The notes below the pieces were generated by a model, which did no database searches, was not told where the DNA came from, and saw only the letters and a list, made by a program, of their open reading frames with translations. From positions 42,917 to 77,771 of the forward strand of contig NMRA01000891.1 of assembly GCA_002633005.1 (NCBI GenBank): 34,855 bases of DNA. The letters are read 5' to 3'. Below, piece after piece: positions 24,201-34,855 of this stretch. The position numbers and the translations under genes are program-made. The DNA is from Phoronis australis. Lineage: Eukaryota; Animalia; Phoronida. Each line of letters opens with the position of its first letter. The first letter of the stretch is position 1.

Positions 24201-24820
24201 ATGGGCTCGCGAAATCGAGGCTGTTAATCTATCACCACTAGTACACGCACGCACTCTAGTTATTTTAGATTTTCCGAATAGCCCCATTGCTTTCCACTGT
24301 TGTCCATTATGTCATTTTAGACCATAGAATAGTAAATATTACCGAGATCTATTCACTTTATGATTTGTACAGGGCCAGTTCTGCCGTTTTCAGAGATAAA
24401 ACGTGATAAATCTTACCTGACATGTGGAATTAGCATAAAGTTTTGTACATGTACAGTAATATACACGAACTGCTCTGCACATGTTGCACATCCGAGGTTA
24501 TTATATCGCCAAGAGGAGTCGACATCACAAAACAATGACTCAAAATATTGACTGCTGATGCGTTAAATATAATATAATCTGTACCTATCATATAATAACG
24601 GAAGTGCAATGCTTTTTTCCACAAATGGTGCTTGAAATAACTCAGCTTGCTCCCATGGTCTTGCAATTTGGTGAACCCGAACAGTTGTGTTTCATTTTTA
24701 ACCGAATCAGAATAAACATGTAAGATAGAATACCGTTTTGTGTTTTGTAAAGAAAATGCCCTGGTCACACGGCATTGAAAGTTTTTGGTTAGTTTGCATT
24801 ATGTATCCTTTTGATGTGGT

Positions 24821-24914
24821 CAATTGGCCACCTGTTTCCTGGTCATGTAATCGTTAGTGTGCATTTTGGTCATCCAGTTATTTTGCAGCATGTATCCTGG
24901 ACTTGTAGTCAGTC
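24821..24914 (+). repeat. Left part of a 31-bp minisatellite (about 3 degenerate units)
   Basis: Units such as TTTTGCAGCATGTATCCTGGACTTGTAGTCAGT resemble the consensus at 25318-25503. Confidence 0.6.
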
Positions 24915-25317
24915 GATAAGTATACTTGCGCAATTTCGATGTTCAGGTTACTCACTTAGTGTAGAGAAAGGGAGATTAAGTGGTATTCCAAGAAGTGAGA
25001 GAATATGCGGCAAGTGCTGTTTGGGTGAAACTGAAGATGAGCCTCATTCCATGCGTCGATGCCGTGTTCTTGAATACCTTAGAAGATATCAGAGCTTGTG
25101 AATTGTACCTGTTATCTTGTTAGGTTATCCCATCAGAAAAACCATGGCAGTATCCAGCGCATTGCACTGCATATTCAGAAGACTTCCACTTTAAGAAAAG
25201 AACTGCTCTCCGTGTAAACACTCGGAATATACATTTGAATTTGCGTATTTACATGAATCTATGAATAGGCAAAACCTACGATGTACGATAAATAATATTA
25301 TACGTGTATATTATTAT
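24915..25317 (+). mobile_element. 5'-truncated RTEX-like non-LTR retrotransposon 3' end
   Basis: LAQFRCSGYSLSVEKGRLSGIPRSERICGKCCLGETEDEPHSMRRC..LR matches the LINE ORF2 C-terminal motif (FR...L.IE.GR...R.C..C...EDE.H...C). It ends in an ATT/TAT-rich tail. Confidence 0.75.
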
Positions 25318-25503
25318 CAGTTGGCAGCGTGTATCCTGGCCATGTAGTCAGTTGGCAGCGTGTGTTCTTGTCAGGTAGTCAGGTGGCAGCGTGTGTCCTG
25401 CTCTTGTAGTCAGTTGACAGCGTGTGACCAGGACGTGTTATCATTTGGTAGCGTGAGTCCTGGTCATGTAGTCGGTTGGCAGCGAGTGCGGTCGCCATGT
25501 ACT
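25318..25503 (+). repeat. 31-bp minisatellite, 6 units
   Basis: Consensus about CAGTTGGCAGCGTGTGTCCTGGTCATGTAGT, in exact 31-bp register starting at 25318, 25349, 25380, 25411, 25442 and 25473. Confidence 0.9.
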
Positions 25504-28500
25504 ACAGCAGCATTGCGTATCAGTTTCGGATATTTAGTTGAGAGTAAAGAACCAAGTAATTTTTTGACCATTTCACGCAAACTGATCAAAATGCAAGAGC
25601 ACTGGAGGATTTATCCTGGACCAGTAGCCACTTGGCAGTGGCTATCTTGGTTCCGTTGTCAGCAGGTCATGTATATTCACTCATGAATCAAAGTAACGAA
25701 TGATTGAGAATTTCATGTTCAAGATCAATTCAACCAGGATTCAAATTCAATTCTTGTTACATCTGGACCATGATTACATTGAAGTCAGCAATCGAACTAC
25801 CATAAATTTTAGCCAATGAAGTGACTTGGTTCCAAACGAATGTTAATGTAGTGAGTCTGGACCAAAAATTCTAAGTAAATTGCATTGGGAATAATTATGA
25901 ACTAAATACATGTAGCTGGTAGCAATCTTGGGAAACATTTGCAGTGAAATGCAACGTTTTCACTTCGCTACAGTTGTCCTAACCTCAAGTAGCCACTTGG
26001 GTCCAAAACTGCATGTGTAGTCACTTTGTACCCAGGTTAAGTATGCGTGCGAGTGCGTGTGCGTGTGCGTGTTTTCATACATCGTAGGCTCCATGGGCCG
26101 GTGGCCTCTTATGCACACTTAATGTTTATAACACCATGTGATGTCAAGATTGGAACAAAGTATTGTGTTCTTGCCTGGTACTATCACCTGTCAACGAGTG
26201 AAAATTGGTTCGTTTTTATTGTCGCGTTTAGCATGGCTGAAAATTGAAAATTAACTCGATGTGGACTAAATCGTGATTGTGGTGAGGGTCTTGATCACAA
26301 CACATGCCGCCTATGAAATTTGAGATTAAAGGACCCAAACACGACCTGGAGTATTGGGGCAAGAGCAATGGTAACTGTTAGAGAAAGCCGTAACAAGCAC
26401 TTGCCACATGCAGACCAAATTATCCACCGCTACTTAGGAGTGTCGCCCTGGGCAGAGCACCACTCCACCCTACAACTAAGTAATTCTAATAGCTTTGGGA
26501 TGTGTGTATTCTCTAGGAAAATGATTTGAAATGACAAAGAGTGGTTTTGAATAAAATGGAAATGTGTTGAGTTCCATTTTTAAAAAGTCATTTTTCGACA
26601 AAATTATCAAGGCTCTGGTTTCACTTTTTCTTTCATGCTTTCATGAAGAAAACAACAAATTCATTTTCATTTGTTGTCAGTCAATGGAATGACCATGATT
26701 ATGTAACCTTTGAAACGGCATCAAGGTTACTGAACGCAATTGCCGTCTTGAGAAGGGCCATCTGGGCCTTGGCGTATGTAAACAATACAAAGCTTTCTTC
26801 TGAGATGTGGTGCCAACAATATTGTCTAAGCAAAAATTATTTTCTTAATGTAACATCATAGAAAACAATGTTACAGTCGCCAGATTCATCAGGCAGCGGA
26901 GCGGATATGCTCCGATTCGGAATATTGACAAAATATAAGTCAGCCCTCGTAGAACAGGTAAACTTACTTTTAGACATGGTCAAAGCATCCATTTATGTAC
27001 TTGCATTTATCAGCCAAATTCGTTTTTTAAATATTTTTTCCAAAACCACGCACGTATTCCAGTCTGTAATTGGGAAAAAATCTTCAGGTGGCACTGTGCG
27101 GTTAACCGGATGTGTGATTTCAACGGTTAACCTAAGTCACCTCTCTGTTCCGAGTTCGAGTGTAACTGACAGGCGTAAAGTGCGTTGTCGGTGATGTTTT
27201 CAATAGAAAAAAGGATTGCCACCGAACAGGCAGAGACATTGAAATTGATTTGATATGTTTATAGCCATCGTTTTGCACCACCAAAAGTGTGTACGCACAT
27301 CCTAGGACGATGTCCCACTCCGCCAGTCGGAGGGTGGACCACTGTCGACTTAGCTTGCGGACGAACAGGGAACTATCCAGTGGCCGCGGTTAAACAGAAA
27401 ATGTTCACATGCTTGCCGTATAACAGACTCGAAATCAACCGCGTAGTAATATTTTACTACACTTCTCAGTACAATTTGTCAAAACGATAATAAAGCGAGA
27501 CATGCAGAACACACAGCTCGAAATGCGCGTTGCGATCTTCTCCTGTTCATACTGTTCATTTATTCATCTAAATTAGGGCGGTCGAACAAAAAAGTTTTTT
27601 CGTTATGAAAAAATGTTGTTGCAAGCACAACGAATTTATTGCAATTTTTGTGTACGACAGCGGTATAAGTTACGAGTTTAAAAACTTTATATAAATTATT
27701 TTACCAAGAATTTGCAGTGGACTTTCCTGAGACATGTCTTTACTTACTAATCCGCGCGATTCAACATTTTTCACCAATCTTCAGCCTCGCAGATGTTACT
27801 TATTAGTGAGAAAAGTGCTCACAATTCCCGTTGGCGGTACCGACAACATGGCGACTTTTGCTAGCCTGAAAGTCTTATTCAACCGGTTCCTTTGTAGTTT
27901 GTGAAGATTTAAGTTTGATGATTTTGAAAAACCTGATACAAAAAACGGCTTTGTTCTATTTTCACGTTTTTGTGCAAAAATATAAGGAATATTTTAATTA
28001 TTTTACTGTGAATTTCTCTTTCAGATGACCTTCCACTAAAATAGTCGACATTTTTTGAAATGTTTTTTGTTTGACAGTTTAAATACCCCAGTAACTTCTT
28101 AAAATTAATAAAAATTACTGCTTTCGCTGTGCACGATTTCGCTAAAGATAGATATGAAGTGAAGCAAAGATACTGGCATAATTTATTTACTTGGCTGCCA
28201 AGAAAACTACGCCGAAGTGACGTCTGGCAAAGGAAAAGCCACAGATTTTATCAAACTTCGTTTCTTTTACTCACTTGACTCTTGTTACATTTGTATAAGG
28301 ATTTGTGCATTATTTAGAGGGAGTGGGTTGCTCATAAAACCGGACGAAAACTTCTAACAAAAAAAATTCTTCGTCCTGATTCCAAAAATTAACCTTTTTT
28401 TCATATTTAACTCCCTTTGGTATGGGCTATCTTATGTGAGCATAGACAGCAAAATTGGTCCCTTGCCGGTGTCAGTGTTGTCCATTTTGCGTAGTGTGAG

Positions 28501-30065
28501 TTTTGACTAAAGGTAGAAACAAACGTCCCGTGGAGTGCGAAAATCCAGTTGAAGTGTGCTCAAAGTTTTGGAACTTGGATTCTGATTGCTTCTGGGCCTT
28601 CTAATGTGAAGTTTGTTTGATAGATTAAATTTTCACGCGCGTCAAATGTTTTTAACATTTTTACAGACTTGTATTTCATAACCGGGGCTTCATGCAAGTG
28701 TGAAATTTCACACTCATGAACTTAAGACAATGAAACTGGCCGATCCCAAAGCAAAGCAGCCGTTTTCGACCTCCCTATCTAGATTCACGAGTCCCATTAC
28801 GTTCTTTATTTTCTGTCACTAATCGATTGAGGGCTTATAGCGAACTCCAGTTCAACTTCAAGCCCCTATCCCTGTAGAAGAAAAATAAGGCCAGGTTTTA
28901 CACAGTTCGGAAGCGCTAAACAAAGTACTCCTTGGCATGTCGTCCTCAACTTAACGTGGACTTTCCTGCTTGTGCCTGTCACTTTTGATACCTTTATGAA
29001 TGCATGACCCGAGTTTCCAAATCCATCAGCTGATCGGTCGAGAGTCGTGTCCCGGAAGTGAATGGGTCTAATCGTTCACGTCACTTAGCGATGATTGGTT
29101 AAAATGAATCTCAGGTTGTGGGCAGACGAGGAAGTACGTAGGTGTCACAGTTAATTCTGTTATTAATGTACAGGTGGTCCATGGTTATAAAAAATACATT
29201 TTCGAATCAGGCATATATTTTGAATACAAGAGAGCTTCATTGATAAGTCTTCAAGGGCTTTGAAAAATCGCGTTTACAATATTGGGTAACGAGCATAAGT
29301 GCAGCCGGTCATGAATACTGTACACATGCTTACCCTGCGCAGCAGTGGAAAGAAGTGACTCAGATCATTGGCAAGAGATAGGGAATTGGGAATCAGAATT
29401 CTGTAGGAGCCTACAACTGTTTAAGGAAACCGCCAAAACAAGGATGTCCCGTGAGTCAGGGTGCGTGTCCCCTTTTTCCCTACAAGTGGGTGGGCGCAGG
29501 TTTTTACTGACCGGCGATTATAGCCTTTGGTGCGACGATAGGCTGAAGGCTAGTTTGAGTTAATCACTTTATTAATGTCGGCTGTATGTTCACAAGCCTA
29601 CTCCGACAAGACCTCTGACGTAATGTCTGCTTTAAGCCCCACCCTGTGCATCAAAGCCTTGAATTGTGATGAACTTCTGAGACATGCAATGTCTTAGAAC
29701 TTTTCACCCTTTCAAGCACATTCTACAAAGAGCTTTCCAGAACCCATCCAATCATTCTATAAACACTTACTAGTTCCAGATTACATTCATCACTCACATG
29801 ACACATTCTTATTGAACATTCCACGATATTCTTTGGTAAACAGATTACATCGTCATTGTTCTGAGCTCAGGGTTTATTCCAACAAACAATTATCTGCTAC
29901 AACAGTAAAATAAAAAACTAACAGTGTCAGTCCACTTATTACAACTCATTTCTGCCAAAGAGACTTGTTCTTTAAGTTTCTAACTCGTGTTCATCTGGCA
30001 CAGAAATATAATCTTCTGTTTCTGTGTCCTTCTCTTAAGTGTCCCCTAACTTGCAGGCTCTGCTA

Positions 30066-30480
30066 GTTGACTTACGTAGTCTGCACTGATGTTTCACGGG
30101 ATGTCCTACACATAGAATTTGTAATTCTGCATCGCTATAGCCCATTGCATAACTCTCGGGCTTCAATCTTACAATATTGAATATAAACTAATGGTTTGTG
30201 GTCTGTCTGAACCACGAATTCTGTCCCGTTGGAGTCAAACTGAAATCGTTTACCGGTAAACACTATCGCCAAACACTCATTCTCTTCTGTGAAGTGCTGC
30301 CGCTCTCTCTCTTGTAGCTTCCAATTGGCTTACGCAAAAGGGAATGTCCCGGCGTCAAACTCTTTCAGTAGGGCTGCCCTTGCTTTAGCTCCTTGAATGC
30401 CTGGTCACGAATATCGGTCCGCATAAATTTCTTTGGCTGGCCTCTCTTCAAATAAATCTGTCAACAGCCTGGCTATCCCT
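30066..30480 (-). mobile_element. Degraded Ty3/Gypsy RT-connection/RNase H remnant
   Basis: Minus-strand translation includes DQAFKELK, ARAALLKE, KLQERERQHFTEENECLAIVF, EFVVQTDHKPLVY, MQWAIAMQNYKF and ADYVS. These are canonical Gypsy RNase H motifs (EKECLAIVW, TDH.PL, RW...LQ.Y.F, ADYLSR). Confidence 0.85.
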
Positions 30481-30721
30481 GAGCAAAACAAAAATAATGG
30501 TTGTAGAAAAGTGAAAGTCAATGAGATATTGCATTTTCCGCTAACACAAGAAGGTACTAGTACATGTAAGTGGATTGGATAGCTCTAGGCTAGCCTAGTC
30601 TCTAACAACGGTTACAGGACAGGTATATCATTTGAACTACCAGCTCAAAACTGCTCATCAGTTGTTTGCAGTGAGGCAGGCTTAGGACTACTGAATTTCA
30701 CCAGTGGGATTAATGAAAAGC

Positions 30722-30743
30722 TATATATATATATATATATATA
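30722..30743. repeat. (TA)11 microsatellite
   Basis: Direct reading of the sequence. Confidence 0.95.
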
Positions 30744-30989
30744 ATGTACAAAAGCAAGTACTGTCGTTACAAGTTTTATGATACGTGCATGGTCACTCAG
30801 ATTGTGAACTTCCTTGAAGAGAACCAGTAACTTGAACTGCATGGCACTGTATTAGAATAACAACTGTTGTTTCTATCGGTGCTAACTGATTCTCGATTCA
30901 GGTATCCATAAAACTAACTATTACCCCCAAAATGCTACCGTGATAACTTCAAATTCAAACAATATAGGCCTAGTAGTAATACTCACTGG

Positions 30990-31420
30990 ATCCAACAGGA
31001 AAGAACTCATGCATTCAAAACTTTTGAGTTCCAGTGAAATAAGACGACTTAAAAAATTTCAACAATCATCCAACTTCAGGCTTGGCACGCGAGCTACCGC
31101 TAATGAAATGGGTGCGCAGAATTCCACAGAATTCCAAGAAGAGCCCGGTGTCTTGCCCTTGCCATGGACGCAGTCACACAGGCGAGACACAAGTCCGGTG
31201 AAAACGTACTTGTAAATTGCCCGACTCTCGCCAAAATCAGTTGCCGCACAGTCTGTAGGTGTTGTGATTTGGTACTCATTTTATGCAGCATCGAGATTTA
31301 GCACATGAACAGAGGATATTCTTTTGAGGTCCCAAACACTTCTTCACACTCCTTCATAGTCGTTAACATTGCAAGGCAGGATCATCAGCCATTTTGCCAA
31401 CACCAAAGTGACACCTGTTG
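30990..31420 (-). mobile_element. Probable highly degraded Gypsy reverse-transcriptase remnant upstream of the RNase H relic
   Basis: Weak motifs KMADD...C/NDY, LNLDAA*NEYQI and TDFG...YKYVFTGL resemble K.DG...C.DY, LDL..GY.QI and TAF...G.Y....PFGL. Strand and order fit the RNase H fragment. Confidence 0.45.
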
Positions 31421-32285
31421 TTGGGTACTGGGTTCACGAAAAACGTAGAATTTTAATGAAAATGTAAGAATACCTTAAAGAAACGCGCCTGACTTATTGG
31501 CACTAAACTAAATATTAATGAACCAGTACTTGAGTCAAAACTATGCACTCTACTGGTGCTGTAGTGTTCCAAACAGGTATCGGTATTGAAGACAATTTCC
31601 AATCAGGTGGTTGTCAAAATCTTCCAATTCCTATACGAAAATGCTAAGCGCCAGAGTATTATATTGTACCAGTCAACATCAATAAGAAAGAAACGTCTTT
31701 GTAAAAGTGTGGTTTGATCAGCGTTGTGCCAGCTGAAATCAACGAGCTCAAAATGTGGCAAAATTGCAATGCTTTCTTAACATCTGACCCCTCTAAACAC
31801 ATGTAGTTTATGCCTGAAATGTTTATCTTAGCGGCAGAGTTAATGAGTATTGTTCAACGTCTTTGTGAAGCCAAAGACTCTCTTTATTTCAAAATTACAA
31901 ACAAATAATGATCTTGTGCAACTGTATTTTTATTATGTAATGCAAATAACGCATTTTCGGTTAGTCCATAGCATTGTTTACCCCAAAATAGAGGCTCCCC
32001 GATTTCCTCCCTTAAACAAGTTGAAATGAGCTTGGACTTAACTATTTTGTTGATCATCCCAAAGGTAATGAAAATGCAGCGTATGGTTCAAATCCATAAC
32101 ATTAGGTTCAACACCCATCTGGGCATTTCTGCCTGCTTTGAGCCGTACATCACTCTTTAAAGGTTTGGAGGAATGGAATTGCAAACAATGGGAGATAATT
32201 CAAGACAAGTGTACCGAGTGTTTCACTGGTAATATGAAGGGTGGAGTGGGCTTTTTGATAAGAACATGAAGCAACAAACACTCAC

Positions 32286-32528
32286 GCGTATTCTTGCTAT
32301 CTGCACTTGAAACGTCTGCATAATTCTTCTTAAAAGCTGTTACGACAACGTCATGTATGGTTCCAGGAGTCAAGCCAACACATGTGTATTGATTTGCTGT
32401 AGCGCTTGCATTGAAGTGTTTGTTACCGCAAGAAACTCTGAAGCCGTCACAATTTCTAACTCTGCGCCAAAAGACTGTCAGTGTCGTTCGTGTTTTCGTA
32501 ATCTCAATTATCTCAGGTTTATCCAAGG
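32286..32528 (-). CDS. Internal exon encoding one fibronectin type III domain (paralogous to 7722-7973)
   Basis: Acceptor TTTCTACCTTTATAG, donor GTGAGT, 243 nt, phase 1-1, open frame: LDKPEIIEITKTRTTLTVFWRRVRNCDGFRVSCGNKHFNASATANQYTCVGLTPGTIHDVVVTAFKKNYADVSSADSKNT. Confidence 0.88.
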
Positions 32529-33064
32529 CTATAAAGGTAGAAATACAGATAAAATTGCGAGCACTGATTTACACTGCACGAAAAAACGCCTTTCGTCAAC
32601 ATTTTCAAGCTATCAAAATGTGTACGAAAGTTGAACCCGTATCTGTTGACCTCTTTTGTAAATCGAAAGATCGTCTTTCAACTTTTTGGAACACAAAATA
32701 TGACAAAATGTCGTATTTTGTACCTTTTTACTAGAGAAAAGCTCAACTTTCATCTTTTTTCATCTTCTTCACAAACAAAAGTTCATACCATCACCTTTTG
32801 TAATCTTTTAGACTTTCAAAATACCAAGCTGCCTGGTATAAAAAGGTGATAAAATGTGAACTGTTATTGCTTTTGACGTAAGATAGCATATTCAGCAACA
32901 TTTAATGTGAGCTGTTTTGTCTGTTGTATTGTAAAAAACCCACTCACCAACTTCACTTTTCCAGAAATAAATGTCCATGGCTACACGTTGTGCATCATTT
33001 TAAATTTCAAACACGGTTTTTTGTAATTAGCCTGTTGTGTGTTTTTCTGATAGAAAAAAACATT

Positions 33065-33579
33065 CCGAAAATAATCGCAGATTTGAAGCATCCTATTCTT
33101 AAAACATCTGGTTTATAATGTCGAATGTTTCTACGTTTGCAAGCAGACAACTCATGCCACGTAAGTACGTACACTTTATTCTTACTGCAAAATGTTAATT
33201 TTTATTTGAGGTCGAAATATAAAACTTCTCTGTTGAATATCTTAATTCAATAACTTGCAGTTCTACGACTCTGGAAGCATATTGTGTTGAATTTTATTGT
33301 GAAGGCTAGACATGTGCAATGNCCGAAAATAATCGCAGTTTTGAAGCATCCTATTCTTAAAACATCTGGTTTATAATGTCGAATGTTTCTACGTTTGCAA
33401 GCAGACAACTTATGCCACGTAAGTACGTACACTTTATTCTTACTGCAAAATGTTAATTTTTATTTGAGGTCGAAATATAAAATTTCTCTGTTGAATATCT
33501 TGATTCAATAACTTGCAGTTCTACGACTCTGGAAGCATATTGTGTTGAATTTTATTGTGAAGGCTAGACATGTGCAATG
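33065..33579 (+). repeat. Two near-identical 257-bp copies joined by a single N (likely false duplication at a scaffold join)
   Basis: 33065-33321 versus 33323-33579, with N at 33322. I count four substitutions and no indels. Confidence 0.85.
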
Positions 33580-33986
33580 ACCAAATATCCGAATAATATG
33601 ATCTTTATTCAAACCCATAACAATACCTAGCATGCACTTGTTAAACGCCATACAGGATTCACAGCGTATCTCCTAGTATATCTCTAAAATGAAATTTCAC
33701 GGGAGACTGCAAGTCAGAAATTTACATACATGTAGGCCACTACTTAGTATTTTTTAAGTCTGGGACATTTACAAAATGATTCATATTAGGTTAACACTGA
33801 CACGTATTAACTGTACCTTAAAAGTAACGATAAGTACTTGACAAAAATACCAACGGTACCACTTGTTGGGATTTTCTGCAAATATATCTCTCCAGGATAT
33901 GAATAACTGTCCGCTCTTTTGTTAAGCGCTAATGCGATACCTGCCGCCTAAAAGCATCATTTCCCACACCCCAACTATGTTTAAAT

Positions 33987-34000
33987 GCACTAGAGGGCGC
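33987..34000 (+). promoter_or_regulatory. CTCF-like motif
   Basis: GCACTAGAGGGCGC closely matches the CTCF core CCACYAGRGGGCGC. This is a motif match only. Confidence 0.3.
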
Positions 34001-34010
34001 CTTTGAAGGT

Positions 34011-34855
34011 CGGACACGTGAAGACAACGCTCCGTCAATTTTGTTCTTTTTATCCTTCAAAAGTCAGACAACCATCTTGTTTCCTGCTCAACAGCATTCA
34101 TTGTAGTGGTGTCGCTACCTAAGGCCTTCTGGAAACAACATTTCATGAACATTTCGTGTCATTTGGTGAGCTTTCTCTTTCGAGTTTACAGCTATTCCAC
34201 CAAACGTTACATACCGCCATTGTAAGTTTCCCTCAAAACCCCCTGGTGTTTTTGTCTGGTGGTCATCTAGTTAATCCCACCTATGATTGCGTAACACCCT
34301 CCTGAGGTTACCGGCATTTTAGTCAATAACCCTTCTCATTACTTGGAGATTTGTGAATAGAAGCGTCCACAGTCATTATGGCGGATCTTGACCTAGAAAA
34401 GAAACTCCAATCCATGGAAGATAGAATAATTCGGTCCTTTAAAGAAGTCTTCGATGAAGAACTGGGAAAGTTGAAGAACGACTTACAAGCAATAAGACAG
34501 GAAAATCAAGAGTTAAAGAATAAGTTGAATAATTATGAACAGTACTCTAGACGTAACTCGATTAGGATCCACGGCATTGTTGAACAGCCAAACGAGGACT
34601 GCGACCGTATTGTTAAAAACTTCTTTCAGGAAAATCTCAACCTGACTATCGATCTGGATAAGATAGACCGTGCTCACCGAGTAGGAAAAACACCCCCAGA
34701 TACGGCCTCAAGAAGACTAAGAAGTTCTAGTTCTGCAAATCAACCCAACCCTAGACCAATCATTGTTAAGTTTACCAGCTATCGGTGCAGACAAAGTGTT
34801 TTCACTTTGAAAAAGAAACTCAAGGGCACAAGATTCTTCATAAGCGAAGACTTAA
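34011..34855 (+). mobile_element. 5' part of an apparently young LINE (CR1/L2/L1-type ORF1), continuing beyond the window
   Basis: About 370 bp of putative 5' UTR (start approximate) precedes an uninterrupted ORF1. Confidence 0.75.
34378..34855 (+). CDS. LINE ORF1 protein (coiled coil plus L1-type RRM), 3'-partial
   Basis: ATG at 34378, open to the window end: MADLDLEKKLQSME...NNYEQYSRRNSIRIHGIVEQPNED...IDRAHRVG...PRPIIVKF...LKGTRFFISEDL. It carries the diagnostic EQYSRR.N.RI.G, DRAHR.G, PRPIIVKF and I.EDL motifs. It is absent from the ORF track because no stop lies inside the window. Confidence 0.9.
   Translation, partial: MADLDLEKKLQSMEDRIIRSFKEVFDEELGKLKNDLQAIRQENQELKNKLNNYEQYSRRNSIRIHGIVEQPNEDCDRIVKNFFQENLNLTIDLDKIDRAHRVGKTPPDTASRRLRSSSSANQPNPRPIIVKFTSYRCRQSVFTLKKKLKGTRFFISEDL

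Larger units (their letters stand above)
20804..24285. mobile_element. Decayed ISL2EU/IS4EU-type DNA transposon (PIF/Harbinger-related) with both termini
   Basis: TIRs GGGGCTACTCGGATAAT / GGGGCTATTCGGAAAAT (right end as reverse complement), AT TSD, and a shared subterminal TGTACTAGTGGT. Convergent THAP (+) and SAP/YqaJ (-) coding remnants lie inside. Confidence 0.8.

Noticed and set aside
25318-25503. CRISPR-like regular repeats, and the Cys/Trp-rich ORF 25360-25686
   Set aside because: These are head-to-tail 31-bp units with no unique spacers and no cas genes, in a eukaryotic context. The 31-bp period is not a multiple of 3, so the ORF is a by-product.
26643-27600. Possible hATm transposase fragments and a TAGGGCGG terminus at about 27574
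   Set aside because: Similarity is too weak by eye and no partner TIR or TSD was found.
29345-29910. Possible LINE RT (VSQG/CVSPF) and minus-strand APE endonuclease (IICLLE, VSVYR) traces
   Set aside because: Only a few residues match across frameshifts, which cannot be supported without a profile search.
31985-32140. tRNA or SINE-like motifs (GGTTCAA, CTCCCCGATTTCCTCCC)
   Set aside because: There is no cloverleaf and no correctly spaced A/B boxes.

Overview
AT-rich, repeat-dense animal (probably invertebrate) genomic DNA, not prokaryotic. The only convincing host coding sequences are two paralogous, symmetric phase 1-1 fibronectin type III (FN3) exons on the minus strand (32286-32528 and 7722-7973). 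They are probably parts of one multi-FN3 cell-surface or extracellular protein gene, separated by about 24.3 kb of intron-like DNA. The rest is layered transposable-element DNA. It includes a decayed but end-complete ISL2EU-type element (THAP transposase remnant and convergent SAP/YqaJ exonuclease remnant, TIRs, AT TSD) and several non-autonomous PIF/Harbinger-like elements, among them two inverted 1380-bp copies and an apparent empty palindromic target site. Also present are BEL/Pao integrase and Gypsy RT-RNase H relics, an RTEX-like LINE tail inserted in a 31-bp minisatellite, small MITEs, and an intact LINE ORF1 running off the right edge. A 257-bp tandem duplication around a single N is probably an assembly artefact. 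Most ORFs in the supplied track are spurious. I see no clear evidence of a new biological system. All family assignments come from motif recognition by eye, not database searches.
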